DNA from: an uncultured virus (IMG/VR IMGVR_UViG_3300030339_000028)
Lineage: Duplodnaviria; Heunggongvirae; Uroviricota; Caudoviricetes
DNA: 64,000 nucleotides
Virus record (IMG/VR): IMGVR_UViG_3300030339_000028
Reading direction: 5' to 3' (one strand)
The notes beneath the pieces are model-generated. The model had not been told where the DNA came from, made no database searches, and worked only from the letters and a program-made list of their open reading frames with translations. The stretch's first letter is position 1; every line of letters begins with the position of its first letter. This document shows, piece by piece, positions 20,361 to 29,735 of this stretch. Position numbers and translations under genes: made by a program.

Positions 20361-20693
20361 ATGGCAATATCTGTTACAACCCAATTTTTAACATCAGAGA
20401 TAACATCCCACTCTGCATTATCTGGCGGAGAGGTTTCTGGAAGTACAGGTGCATTTGACACCTTAGTAGATATACTAATGAAAGACAAACATAGAAATTC
20501 TAACGTTTCTCGTCAAAAGATAACTGCTACAATCAAATTTGATGGTATTCTAAAAATGTTCCAAATGTTTACTGACTCTAAACAATCAAATAAAAAGTTT
20601 ATTCTAGTAGGGTATAGGATGGACATTTTAAATGATCAATATGATGTAGAATTATTAGAGTATGATAATGAAACCGTAGTAAATCTAGTATAA
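20361..20693 (+). CDS. Tail protein: FN3 N-terminal strands fused to a tail-protein-like C-terminal segment
   Basis: SVTT...SEITSHSALSGGEV start; see findings. Confidence 0.55.
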   Translation: MAISVTTQFLTSEITSHSALSGGEVSGSTGAFDTLVDILMKDKHRNSNVSRQKITATIKFDGILKMFQMFTDSKQSNKKFILVGYRMDILNDQYDVELLEYDNETVVNLV

Positions 20694-20695
20694 CC

Positions 20696-21079
20696 ATGGT
20701 AGACGTAGTTATAACAAAGAAATTCAAAGGAGGCAAAGAAGAAAAGCATTCTTCTATAAATGTGAACTCTAGTAGAGAAATAAAAAACTCTATTCAGATA
20801 GAAAACATTCTTAAATCTGCAACAACAGAAGTCACACCAAGATCCTTTGCTATCTGTTTTGATTTTAAAGATCAGATTGACTTTATCTATAAGTGTCAAG
20901 AAGACATGATTATAAAAGAACAGGTTGCTGAGAATGATTCCTTTGCAAAAATTTATCAAATAATTGAAGATGAACCGGTAGCGTATGTATCCGGTACATT
21001 TTTATCACAATATGAGAAACTCTTAATTCACCCAACTGCAATAGGCATGGCAATAATAATAGGAGAATTTAAACTATGA
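20696..21079 (+). CDS. Hypothetical tail-module protein
   Basis: 127-aa ORF in tightly packed tail operon. Confidence 0.55.
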   Translation: MVDVVITKKFKGGKEEKHSSINVNSSREIKNSIQIENILKSATTEVTPRSFAICFDFKDQIDFIYKCQEDMIIKEQVAENDSFAKIYQIIEDEPVAYVSGTFLSQYEKLLIHPTAIGMAIIIGEFKL

Positions 21080-22581
21080 TACTTCCAACTTATATAGAGT
21101 ATATTGAGGTTGGTATAAAGGGCAGTTTTGTCTATATAGCTTATGCCTCTGACGGAACCGGAACAGGGTTTACAATGACAAATGACCCTGATTTAAGATG
21201 GAGTGCTATCTTAATATCTCCAATTAAAATAACTGCACCGGTGGTTACTGATTTTGCAGGTTTGTGGAGAGAGGATCGTGAAGGTAGCGGTGGCGGAACG
21301 AACTATTTTCCTGATACCATTACTTCTGAAACAGGGAATGTTCAGGCTGATGGGAAGCACACACATGAATTGGGAATCGTTTCTACTGAAACTGTTGTAA
21401 AATATGATCCAGATTACGTTAGTTACGGAGCTTTATATAATTGGCCTGTAACAGTTGATTCTCGTAAAATAAGTAGTTCTGACGATTGGGATATTCTAAC
21501 TCACACGGAACAGGAAGAATTAAGAGACAATGTTGGTGGTGAAACTGTTGGTGGCGGACATTTAAAAGAAGTTGGATATACTTTTTGGAACGAACCAAAC
21601 GTAGGGGCGGTTAATGATTTTGACTTTAATGCAAGGGGCAGTTCTTACAGGTTAAATACTGGGGTATTTGCAACTACTTTAAATATAGATGCCATATATT
21701 GGAGTAAAACCGAAATGTCTTTTTTGACAATTTCGGCATGGTATTTAGCCGTTGACACAAATCACGAAATATGTATAACAACCGGAGGGAATTATAAAGA
21801 ACAAGGTAATTCAATTAGGTTGTCCAGAGATGCAACTGAATCAGAACTACTTTTACCAGATGGATTAATTTCAGCCATATATACAGGGAATGATGGCAAG
21901 ACGTATGGATGTACAAAAATTGGTTCTAAAATTTTTATAGTATCGAATCTTAACGAAACACAATGGCGTGACCACTCGTGGATTGAAGGGTTTAATGGTG
22001 GAGTGTATACGCCTATTCCAAACGAAGATTGGGCTTCTCGTGGATTGACAGGAGAAAGTTTAATGTGTTATCACGAAAACAATAAAGCTAACGGTGGCGG
22101 CGAAATACCACTTGCAGACCTTTTAATTTCAGAACACAACAAACTAAAAGGTCTTGACGGTGGCGACCCTGACAATAACTTCTTCGGGCATTTAACTGAA
22201 GCTGAATTGGCAAAGGTACAGGCACTGCCTGAAACGTTCCTTGCAGCCTCAGACATCCCTTATGACATTGACTTTGAATTTACAGACTTTGTCTTGGGTA
22301 CTGCAAAGACATATACTCTTGATTTAAAGGCAAAGAAAGCATATACAATTGAGGGAATAGTATTAGAAACAGATACTGGAACATTTACAGGAATATCTGT
22401 TAAAATAGGTTCAACAGCCGTTACTTCACTTTCATCTTTAACAGCTACAACATTGGCAGAAACTGCATCTACAGGTGCAAAAACCGTAGCATTAGGAGAT
22501 AGGGTAACTATTAATCTTTCAACAGGGTATACAGGAACTCCGACAACCATTAGAGGAAAACTTTTAAGACAACTGACATGA
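21076..22581 (+). CDS. Tail fibre/receptor-binding protein with a circularly permuted FISUMP (Fib_succ_major) domain
   Basis: VYIAYASD.TGTGF fibre-type N-terminus; YGALYNW, GGHLKE..W..PN.GA.N, YWSKTE and SIRLSRD, followed by DGKTY...KIG....SNL. Confidence 0.75.
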   Translation: MILPTYIEYIEVGIKGSFVYIAYASDGTGTGFTMTNDPDLRWSAILISPIKITAPVVTDFAGLWREDREGSGGGTNYFPDTITSETGNVQADGKHTHELGIVSTETVVKYDPDYVSYGALYNWPVTVDSRKISSSDDWDILTHTEQEELRDNVGGETVGGGHLKEVGYTFWNEPNVGAVNDFDFNARGSSYRLNTGVFATTLNIDAIYWSKTEMSFLTISAWYLAVDTNHEICITTGGNYKEQGNSIRLSRDATESELLLPDGLISAIYTGNDGKTYGCTKIGSKIFIVSNLNETQWRDHSWIEGFNGGVYTPIPNEDWASRGLTGESLMCYHENNKANGGGEIPLADLLISEHNKLKGLDGGDPDNNFFGHLTEAELAKVQALPETFLAASDIPYDIDFEFTDFVLGTAKTYTLDLKAKKAYTIEGIVLETDTGTFTGISVKIGSTAVTSLSSLTATTLAETASTGAKTVALGDRVTINLSTGYTGTPTTIRGKLLRQLT

Positions 22582-23492
22582 GCCGATTACTTTATATACC
22601 GAAAAAAAGGATCCCTATTGTAGTTGGACGGTATGATTCACTTAGGAATGCAAAAACCGTCGGTGTAGGCGGAAATTATGCCTATGTTGCTGATGGAGGA
22701 TGGGGTACTAAAATCTTTGATGTTACAGACACCACAAATCCAATCTGGGTATACACTATTTCAGAAGGATCATACGACTTGTTTGTTAGAGGAAATCGAC
22801 TGTATATTATAGGTGGAAATTTAGCAATATACAATATCACTAATCCTCTTTCACCAACACTTGTTGGTTCGTGTGCTTTACCAACTTATAGTGGTCCTGA
22901 TGTCTGGGTTGACGGAAACTATGCCTATTGTGCCTGCGGTTCGTACGGATTACAAATAGTTGATATTTCTACGGAAACAGCACCAGTCATTGTAGGTACT
23001 TATAAAGGCGGAGTATCTGGTTTAATTTGTAACTCTGTTTGTGTGGTTGGAGATATTGCATATGTCGGAGAAAATGGATTTAGGATAGTTGATGTTTCAA
23101 ATCATGCTAGTCCGTCTTTAATTAGTGTTTTTGATGTAGGTAGTAATTATGCTGGAATAAAGGTTGTTGGAAATTATGCTTATGTTGCCAAGTATCACAA
23201 TACACAGGGAGCAAGAGTGATAGATATATCAAACTCTGCCAGTCCTTCTTTGGCAAGTTCAATATCACTTGGATCACCTGGATATGACGTTTCTGTTTAT
23301 GGCAATCATGCTTTTTACGCTGTTTATTGGACAGGTATGCACATTGTAAATATTTCTAATCCAACAGGCATTGTTGATATTTCAGTTCCTTATCTTGGTC
23401 AGTATGTGACATCTATACATTATGATTCCGCTAAAGATCGCATATTCCTTGTAGCTAATCCAATTATGTATATAATTAATCCGAATGTATAA
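22578..23492 (+). CDS. LVIVD-repeat beta-propeller protein (putative receptor-binding/tail appendage)
   Basis: Repeats V.V.GNYAYVA...GL.IVDIS...P..VG. Confidence 0.85.
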   Translation: MSRLLYIPKKRIPIVVGRYDSLRNAKTVGVGGNYAYVADGGWGTKIFDVTDTTNPIWVYTISEGSYDLFVRGNRLYIIGGNLAIYNITNPLSPTLVGSCALPTYSGPDVWVDGNYAYCACGSYGLQIVDISTETAPVIVGTYKGGVSGLICNSVCVVGDIAYVGENGFRIVDVSNHASPSLISVFDVGSNYAGIKVVGNYAYVAKYHNTQGARVIDISNSASPSLASSISLGSPGYDVSVYGNHAFYAVYWTGMHIVNISNPTGIVDISVPYLGQYVTSIHYDSAKDRIFLVANPIMYIINPNV

Positions 23493-23526
23493 GTAAATCA
23501 TAAACAATTAAAAAAACCTTACCATT

Positions 23527-23952
23527 ATGACAGTTCTACAGGTAGTAACTACATTAACACCAGGTATTTTGATAGAGTTTGCTATGTTGGGTCTTGCTTC
23601 GATTGGTATTTTGTTAAAGATCGGTGCGAATAATACAGCAACAAAGTTATTGATTAATGAAAATTCTATCAAACTTTTAAATTTAGAGAAGGAGTTATTA
23701 CAGTTGAAAAATGACTACAATAATAAACTCCACGATTATGACACCAAATTAAATGAAAACAAGATCGACCTAACAAAAGCACTCACAGAGTTCAACAAGA
23801 ATAATAGAGAAGATCATCAAATGATATTTAACAAGGTAGAGACGGCTGTAACAAAAATGACAGAAGTTGCTACTGCATTCAAAGTACATGCAGATAATCA
23901 TGCTTATTACAGATCACCAAGAGATATTTTAAACCAAAAAGAAGGAGAATAA
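23527..23952 (+). CDS. Membrane protein with coiled coil (putative holin/lysis accessory)
   Basis: N-terminal TM segment then coiled coil; immediately before the endolysin. Confidence 0.5.
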   Translation: MTVLQVVTTLTPGILIEFAMLGLASIGILLKIGANNTATKLLINENSIKLLNLEKELLQLKNDYNNKLHDYDTKLNENKIDLTKALTEFNKNNREDHQMIFNKVETAVTKMTEVATAFKVHADNHAYYRSPRDILNQKEGE

Positions 23953-23955
23953 ATT

Positions 23956-24378
23956 ATGGTTTTATCATTAAAAAGAATTGCAAGACGTCCAACCTATACA
24001 ATAGGTAAGCTATTTATAGACGGCGAGTTTTTCTCAGACACACTTGAGGACAAAGACAGAGATTATAATCTCGATGGGGATATTACTGATCCCGGAGAAG
24101 GAAAAGTTATGAATGAAACCTGTATTCCAGCAGGAGAGTATGAAGTAATACTTAACTGGTCTAATCGCTTTCAAAGGATAATGCCTTTACTTGTGAATGT
24201 TCCAGGATTTGAAGGAATCCGAATTCACAATGGTACAACAGACAAAAATACTTCTGGTTGTTTACTTGTTGGAAATAACAGCATTGTAGGACAATTGACA
24301 AACTCTCATGAAATATTTGATAAATTGTTTCACATTCTTTCAGTAACTAAAGAAAAGGTTAAAATTATTATCACATGA
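23956..24378 (+). CDS. Putative endolysin, DUF5675 family
   Basis: YTIGKLFIDG, DTLED, TCIPAGEY, VPGFEGIRIHNG and TSGCLLVG motifs. Confidence 0.85.
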   Translation: MVLSLKRIARRPTYTIGKLFIDGEFFSDTLEDKDRDYNLDGDITDPGEGKVMNETCIPAGEYEVILNWSNRFQRIMPLLVNVPGFEGIRIHNGTTDKNTSGCLLVGNNSIVGQLTNSHEIFDKLFHILSVTKEKVKIIIT

Positions 24379-24743
24379 AACGGATATTGCTTTTTGTATT
24401 TGTGATGTTTTCATTATTGTCTTTTTCTCAGACGTATGTTAAGGTAGCAGATAAACCAGAATACACAAGGTATCTTATTTACTGCAATACATATACATAT
24501 AAATACTTTGAAGTCTTAGGAAAAGTTCCAGTTATAAAAGTTGGAGGATTTTATGCAGATACCGTCGGAAATTACAGCATTAAAGAACCTTTAACGATAA
24601 CTTGGTTAAAACCTGGGACAACATCTATTACCGTAGCTGAGTCAGAAGTCTTAATAACCACAACATTAAAACTAATGGTTAGGAAAAGGACTCCTTCAAT
24701 ACCTGATTTTTATTCTTCTTGGATTACTCATAAAATTCCATAA
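24375..24743 (+). CDS. Secreted hypothetical protein
   Basis: MKRILLFVFVMFSLLSFSQ Bacteroidota-type signal peptide (Q at +1). Confidence 0.6.
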   Translation: MKRILLFVFVMFSLLSFSQTYVKVADKPEYTRYLIYCNTYTYKYFEVLGKVPVIKVGGFYADTVGNYSIKEPLTITWLKPGTTSITVAESEVLITTTLKLMVRKRTPSIPDFYSSWITHKIP

Positions 24744-24747
24744 CATC

Positions 24748-24978
24748 ATGGCACACATACTAATCAATAAAGACGGGGAAATTTCAGTTTTTGAGTATAA
24801 TCCAGAACGAGCAAAATCAGGATGCATGTGCAAATATGATATAATAAAACTTCCTGAAACAATATTCTCTGAAGAATTTTTAGAGAAATTAAAAAGGTCA
24901 GAAGACCCTATTGATTTAAATGAATTAAAAAACAAAAATTATGAACACTTTAATCAAAAGATTGTTAGTATGGGGTAA
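24748..24978 (+). CDS. Hypothetical protein
   Basis: 76-aa ORF in the lysis region. Confidence 0.45.
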   Translation: MAHILINKDGEISVFEYNPERAKSGCMCKYDIIKLPETIFSEEFLEKLKRSEDPIDLNELKNKNYEHFNQKIVSMG

Positions 24979-25624
24979 AGATAATTGGATTTTCTTTATG
25001 ACCTTGTCTGCCTTAGTTTTTTTATTATTTCTTGGTAAATGCAATAATGATAAAATTGCAGACAAACTTCAACTATCTCAAGTAGAATTGTCCACTTTGA
25101 AGGATACTGTGAAAGTATTCAAAGACAAAAACAAAAATTTAACTTTTTCACTATCTTCTGTTGTTGTGGAATCAGATAACAGACGCAAAGCATTGGAGGC
25201 GGCTGGATTTGAGATAAAGGACTTAAAAGCTAGGGATATAAAATGGCGGGATATTACAGATGCTTTAAAATTACAAATCAGTGCAGAAAGCCACGGTTCT
25301 ACGCCTTTGAAGGATACTGTGTATGTAAGTAATACCGACACTATAAAAGCGGCTGAATTCGACTGGAATAATAAGTTCCTTTTTCTTAAAGGAAACATTA
25401 TAGATAAAAATATGCAATTTGCATACAAGTACAAGACGGGAATAGACATTGTAACTACCAAAAAAGGAAAGAGTTATGTTGTGAGTGCATATTTGTCTGA
25501 TCCTAATGCGGTAGTAATTACTGCAAACTCTATAACAATAGAAAATAAAATACGTTGGTATGAAAAACCCTGGGTGTGGATGGTGGTTGGAGCGGGAGCA
25601 GGATTTTATTTAGGAACCCGATAA
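24941..25624 (+). CDS. Putative spanin-like lysis protein
   Basis: N-terminal hydrophobic segment ending in Cys, coiled coil, C-terminal TM (WYEKPWVWMVVGAGAGFYLG). Confidence 0.5.
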   Translation: MNTLIKRLLVWGKDNWIFFMTLSALVFLLFLGKCNNDKIADKLQLSQVELSTLKDTVKVFKDKNKNLTFSLSSVVVESDNRRKALEAAGFEIKDLKARDIKWRDITDALKLQISAESHGSTPLKDTVYVSNTDTIKAAEFDWNNKFLFLKGNIIDKNMQFAYKYKTGIDIVTTKKGKSYVVSAYLSDPNAVVITANSITIENKIRWYEKPWVWMVVGAGAGFYLGTR

Positions 25625-25634
25625 AACAAATGGT

Positions 25635-25871
25635 ATGGAAAAGGTAACAATCAAAGATATTATAGCTGCATTGGTTTTATTCTTGATTTTTGCAATTGTA
25701 GGGGTTTTAATTTTTGTAGAGATTCCGACAAATAATAAAGACATCCTATACCCAATTGCAGGAGGACTGCTACCTACAGCAACAATAATCTTAGGTTATT
25801 ATTTTGGTAGTAGTTTTAATTCTTCAAAGAAGGACGACACAATAACAACATTATCCAATAACCAAAAATAA
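25635..25871 (+). CDS. Putative holin (2 TM)
   Basis: Two TM segments; IILGYYFGSS..SSKKD motif. Confidence 0.7.
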   Translation: MEKVTIKDIIAALVLFLIFAIVGVLIFVEIPTNNKDILYPIAGGLLPTATIILGYYFGSSFNSSKKDDTITTLSNNQK

Positions 25872-25904
25872 GCGGTAATTTTTCTCAGTTTTTTAATTGT
25901 TTGA

Positions 25905-26273
25905 TTATTGTAAAGCCCCGGTTGTCGTGTCCGGGGCTTTTTTGTAACTGAATAAAAACCCTTTACAATTAAACCCTCTTCTAATCGCATTTGAAATTGT
26001 TCCTTTATGCACACCTAATTTTAAAGAAGCTTGAACAGCACTGTCATGCTTATCAACATAATCCCCGTCTAATGTAAATTGATACACCATCCTAGTAGGT
26101 GCTTTTGTTCGCATTCCTTGATGAAACCCTATGCTGTATAAATAACGCAGATATTTTTCTATTATAGAGTATTCTACATCTCCAAAATAAACTTCATTCT
26201 TTAGAGCTTTCATTGCTTTTAATACTGCTAAAAGCTCATGAGAATCTTTTATGTCGTGTAATGGAGATATCAT
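25905..26273 (-). CDS. NUMOD1-domain DNA-binding protein
   Basis: VYQFTLDGDYV....SA..AS..LG....TIS...R...GFLFSY. Confidence 0.7.
   Translation of the reverse strand: MISPLHDIKDSHELLAVLKAMKALKNEVYFGDVEYSIIEKYLRYLYSIGFHQGMRTKAPTRMVYQFTLDGDYVDKHDSAVQASLKLGVHKGTISNAIRRGFNCKGFLFSYKKAPDTTTGALQ
25912..25943 (+). terminator. Intrinsic terminator at the convergence of the two genome arms (probably bidirectional)
   Basis: AAAGCCCCGG-ttgtcgtgt-CCGGGGCTTT followed by further Ts. Confidence 0.85.
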
Positions 26274-26402
26274 ATTAGAAAAATATCATGTACAACATTA
26301 TGATGAAAACAAATACTGTAAGAATTGTTACTTCATAATTGTCTATAGAACGATCAATACCTTTCCGCATCATCGTTCTGACTTTAGAGAGTGTCATAGA
26401 TG

Positions 26403-26579
26403 TTAAATTTGGAAGTCTATAACCACTGCTTCAGCACAATGATTAACAATAGATTTGATAGCCTTAAGACAACCACCTCTTCTTTTGTACGTTTCACTCG
26501 TTGCTAATGTTTGTCCATTTTTTGCAGTAATGATGAAGAACCATTCTTTGTTTACTGCCCTTTTAATAATGAATTTCAT
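26403..26579 (-). CDS. DUF1508/YegP-like small protein (58 aa, not in ORF track)
   Basis: Translated by hand: MKFIIKRAVNKEWFFIITAKNGQTLATSETYKRRGGCLKAIKSI...; ATGA overlap with the upstream gene. Confidence 0.7.
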   Translation of the reverse strand: MKFIIKRAVNKEWFFIITAKNGQTLATSETYKRRGGCLKAIKSIVNHCAEAVVIDFQI

Positions 26580-27187
26580 GATGATTTGATTTTTGAGATT
26601 CCTTTTTTAATTGATACTTCAAATACCCTGTCTGCGTATGCAGCTAAAGTTTCTTCATGTGTAACAATAATGAACTGAATACCTAATTTAGTAGACAGAT
26701 CTTTTATCATTTGGGAAGCACGTTCTTGACAATCAACAGAAAGGTAACGTAAAGGTTCATCTAAGACAATTGTGTTCGATGAAGCATCCTCAAGCATAGA
26801 CCAAGAAGCTATCCTCAAAGCAAATGCAGCAACATCAACAGTTCCACCTCCAGCAGCATCTAAAGGCTTAACTTTACACTCGTCTCGAACAAACATTAAG
26901 TCACATTCTGTTTTATTTCTCCTTTGAACAAACTCTACAGAAAGTTCATAAGGATCAGAGAATACGGATTCTAAAGCTAAAGAGGTTATGTCAGAAATAT
27001 GGAACTGTAATTGCTGTTGAGTTTTCATTCCCACTTCTCTGACAATTTCCCTAGCTTGCTCATGTCGTATTAAAGACTTTTTAGAACTCTTTAAGGTTCC
27101 CTTCAGTTGTTTTAGATTCTTTTCAATCTGAAGTTTTCTCCCTTTAGCTTGTTCTAATTTTTGTCTTAATTGGGTTGCAGTTGTCAT
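26576..27187 (-). CDS. sbcC: SbcC/Rad50 C-terminal half (coiled coil, signature, Walker B)
   Basis: LDAAGGG signature-like motif, IVLDEP Walker B, QFIIVTH. Confidence 0.8.
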   Translation of the reverse strand: MTTATQLRQKLEQAKGRKLQIEKNLKQLKGTLKSSKKSLIRHEQAREIVREVGMKTQQQLQFHISDITSLALESVFSDPYELSVEFVQRRNKTECDLMFVRDECKVKPLDAAGGGTVDVAAFALRIASWSMLEDASSNTIVLDEPLRYLSVDCQERASQMIKDLSTKLGIQFIIVTHEETLAAYADRVFEVSIKKGISKIKSS

Positions 27188-27420
27188 AAAGCCTCATATT
27201 TTTCCTCAAGTTCTTCCAATCCCTTTTCTAAAGCATCGGACATTTTTTGATATTCTGTCTTCATAGAGACTAATTTCTTATCAGCTTTTTCTACAGTATC
27301 ACAACCCCAATCATTTTTGAGCTGAGTCAGTAATGCTGTAAGCTGTCCTTTTTTCTGAGAGACTTCCTCTTTTGAGTTGTCAATCTCTTTCTTTAATTTT
27401 AATAATTGAGTTTCAGTCAT
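27184..27420 (-). CDS. Small coiled-coil protein
   Basis: 78 aa, heptad pattern, ATGA-coupled to the SbcC C-half. Confidence 0.55.
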   Translation of the reverse strand: MTETQLLKLKKEIDNSKEEVSQKKGQLTALLTQLKNDWGCDTVEKADKKLVSMKTEYQKMSDALEKGLEELEEKYEAL

Positions 27421-27756
27421 GACTAAAAATGTGATTCGTTTAATTTAAAAATAGCTAATTTATATTCTTTGATTGCAGGTTCTAGATTAGACAAATGCAT
27501 CAAATGAGTATGCTGACCTATTACTCTGTTGGTAAACATCTCTTGTGATTTTTCTTTATCCCTTTCTAATTCCAACAACTGCTTCTGCAATAATTCCAAT
27601 GGAGTGATTATCATCTTTCTAATAGTTTTCTAATTTCTCTAAAAAGCCGGAGCCAACATAGTTTATGCTCTATAAGAGCACCTTCAGAGGTTTTAATAAC
27701 ATTGGTTCTGTGCCATTCTAAAAATACTCTTTGTCTTCGGGTTAAGCATGGTTTTT

Positions 27757-28638
27757 TCATAAAGCGTCATAGATTATAGTCATTACTTTTGATTTAACTT
27801 TATTCAATTTTTTGAATTGCTCAAGGTTGTCTTCAAAAGACATTGATATTTTCCAATCTCCATTTAACTTAGAAATAAAAGCATCTATCCTATTTTCTCT
27901 TTCCTTAATGACATCTAAGTGTTCCCGACTTACTGACTCTTTAACGATTGGAATATATATGGGTGTAACTGTATTATCCGCAGCGTGCCACAGATAAACA
28001 CGAGGTTTAAAATCAATTTGATCTGCATCCATGCGAAATATAGATCCAGGATTAACAAGTAATCTGCCTTTGTGTTCTTCAACAAATGCTTGATGATTAT
28101 CTCCTGTTAGTATTAAATCAAATTGCGGATATTTCCTTAATAGCTTTGCAGCTTTAGGATCTGTGCAACCCGGCCAAGGCTCTAATCCTTGGTATGTCAT
28201 AATGTGCTGCATGGTTAATTGTCTTCCACGAACAATCCAACCTGTCCTGCCGTCACCTAATGATTGATTCCAATGTCCGTTCTGTGGAACTGAAACTTTT
28301 CCGTTTATCATTAAATTGTACAATCCGCATTTATAAACAAGTTCAAGATTGTGCTGCGGTGTGTCGTGATTCCCATAAACAGAAAAGAAGTTTTCTGGCA
28401 TGTGTTTAGATGCCTCAGACAATAGCTCTGCACTAGGATTCCATTTATCAAATAAATCTCCAGCATGGAACACAGGACATTGATATTTCCTTTGCAATGC
28501 AGAAATAAAATCTACTTTTCCCCATTCTGTTTTAGGAAAGTTGTCTGTCCTACAAATAGGAGTATCTAGTCGCAAATGCCAATCTGCCGTTAGTATAGCA
28601 TCTACTTCTTTGGTTATATTATTCCTTTGACGTTCCAT
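27757..28638 (-). CDS. sbcD: SbcD/Mre11 metallophosphoesterase nuclease
   Basis: TADWH, AGDLFD, GNHD, GDNH and NPGS motifs. Confidence 0.88.
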   Translation of the reverse strand: MERQRNNITKEVDAILTADWHLRLDTPICRTDNFPKTEWGKVDFISALQRKYQCPVFHAGDLFDKWNPSAELLSEASKHMPENFFSVYGNHDTPQHNLELVYKCGLYNLMINGKVSVPQNGHWNQSLGDGRTGWIVRGRQLTMQHIMTYQGLEPWPGCTDPKAAKLLRKYPQFDLILTGDNHQAFVEEHKGRLLVNPGSIFRMDADQIDFKPRVYLWHAADNTVTPIYIPIVKESVSREHLDVIKERENRIDAFISKLNGDWKISMSFEDNLEQFKKLNKVKSKVMTIIYDAL

Positions 28639-28640
28639 TT

Positions 28641-29735
28641 TTAGTCTTCAAAATGTTTGTGCATTCCTTCAAGATCCCCGTAAGGATTATCTAATAAATT
28701 TGTTCCGCATAACGGGCAAACGTCAGGCATTTCTTTTGCAAAAATATCCAAATTGGATTGCAAGAGAATTTGAGTTGTCTTTAAATCAGTTATGGTACTT
28801 TTGATGTTCACTATAAACCGATAAAAAGTATTCCATTCTGCTTTTTTAGTTTCTACAACTTTGATATCCTTCAACAGTTTCTCTACCTCAGGTTGCAATC
28901 CTAACAAAGCTGTCCTTTCTTCAATATCCGTTTCTGTCAATTTAATGCCTTTAATCAATGAGATTAACTTGCCTTGCGAGATTAAGGATGTTTCACAAAG
29001 ATTTCGCAAGCCTATTGCTTCTGTAACGTATTTATCTAATGCAAGTACTTTCTTTGTTTCTTCAATGGATTCTTGCACTTCTTCAATGTTAGAAAGCAAA
29101 ACAGTTAAGTCGCTGCAATTACCTTTAAAACTTTTAACCTGCTTAGTTAATAATTCTAAAGACTCAACCTCTATCTCAAACTTTTCTAAGAACTCGTAAT
29201 TAAGCAAATCCTCTTTCTGTTTTTCAACATCATTTTTGGTATACTCAATATCAGATTTTAGTTTGGATATTTTACCATTGATTGTAGTAATTGCTTTGTC
29301 TATCTGATCAATTTTTGCAATCTTGTTAAAATGTAAAGCAACCTCTCCTGCCGTTGAACTTAACAGGAAAGAACTGTCCATTTGATTCTGTAGATTGATT
29401 TCACTAAAGTTTAGAGTCTCTGAAATCTCTTTTGGTACTTCTGATCCAAACGCTCTAAACTCAGTATCATTTAACCAATACTCTTCTCGCTTGTCTTTAA
29501 CCCTAGTAATAAGGTTTCCGTCAGCAAGTAATACAGCAACAGAAGAACGTCCACCCCAATTAGAACGTAAACCATCTCCAGACGGTCTGTTAAAAGCTGC
29601 TAACTTTAAGGATCTTATAATTGCAGTCTTTCCACAATCAGAAGTTCCGACAATTACATTAACACCTGGATGGAATTCTAACTCCGAGTGTTTATGTGAT
29701 TGAATGTTCTCGATTGTTAATCTCTGGATTGTCAT
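28641..29735 (-). CDS. sbcC: SbcC/Rad50 N-terminal half (Walker A to zinc hook)
   Basis: IENIQSH, GVNVIVGTSDCGKT, Q-loop, coiled coil, terminal CPLCG. Confidence 0.85.
   Translation of the reverse strand: MTIQRLTIENIQSHKHSELEFHPGVNVIVGTSDCGKTAIIRSLKLAAFNRPSGDGLRSNWGGRSSVAVLLADGNLITRVKDKREEYWLNDTEFRAFGSEVPKEISETLNFSEINLQNQMDSSFLLSSTAGEVALHFNKIAKIDQIDKAITTINGKISKLKSDIEYTKNDVEKQKEDLLNYEFLEKFEIEVESLELLTKQVKSFKGNCSDLTVLLSNIEEVQESIEETKKVLALDKYVTEAIGLRNLCETSLISQGKLISLIKGIKLTETDIEERTALLGLQPEVEKLLKDIKVVETKKAEWNTFYRFIVNIKSTITDLKTTQILLQSNLDIFAKEMPDVCPLCGTNLLDNPYGDLEGMHKHFED

Noticed and set aside
19790..22092. Diversity-generating retroelement targeting the DUF1566 or FISUMP domains
   Set aside because: Both folds are typical DGR targets, but I see no reverse transcriptase and no adenine-mismatched template repeat in the window. 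One could lie outside it.
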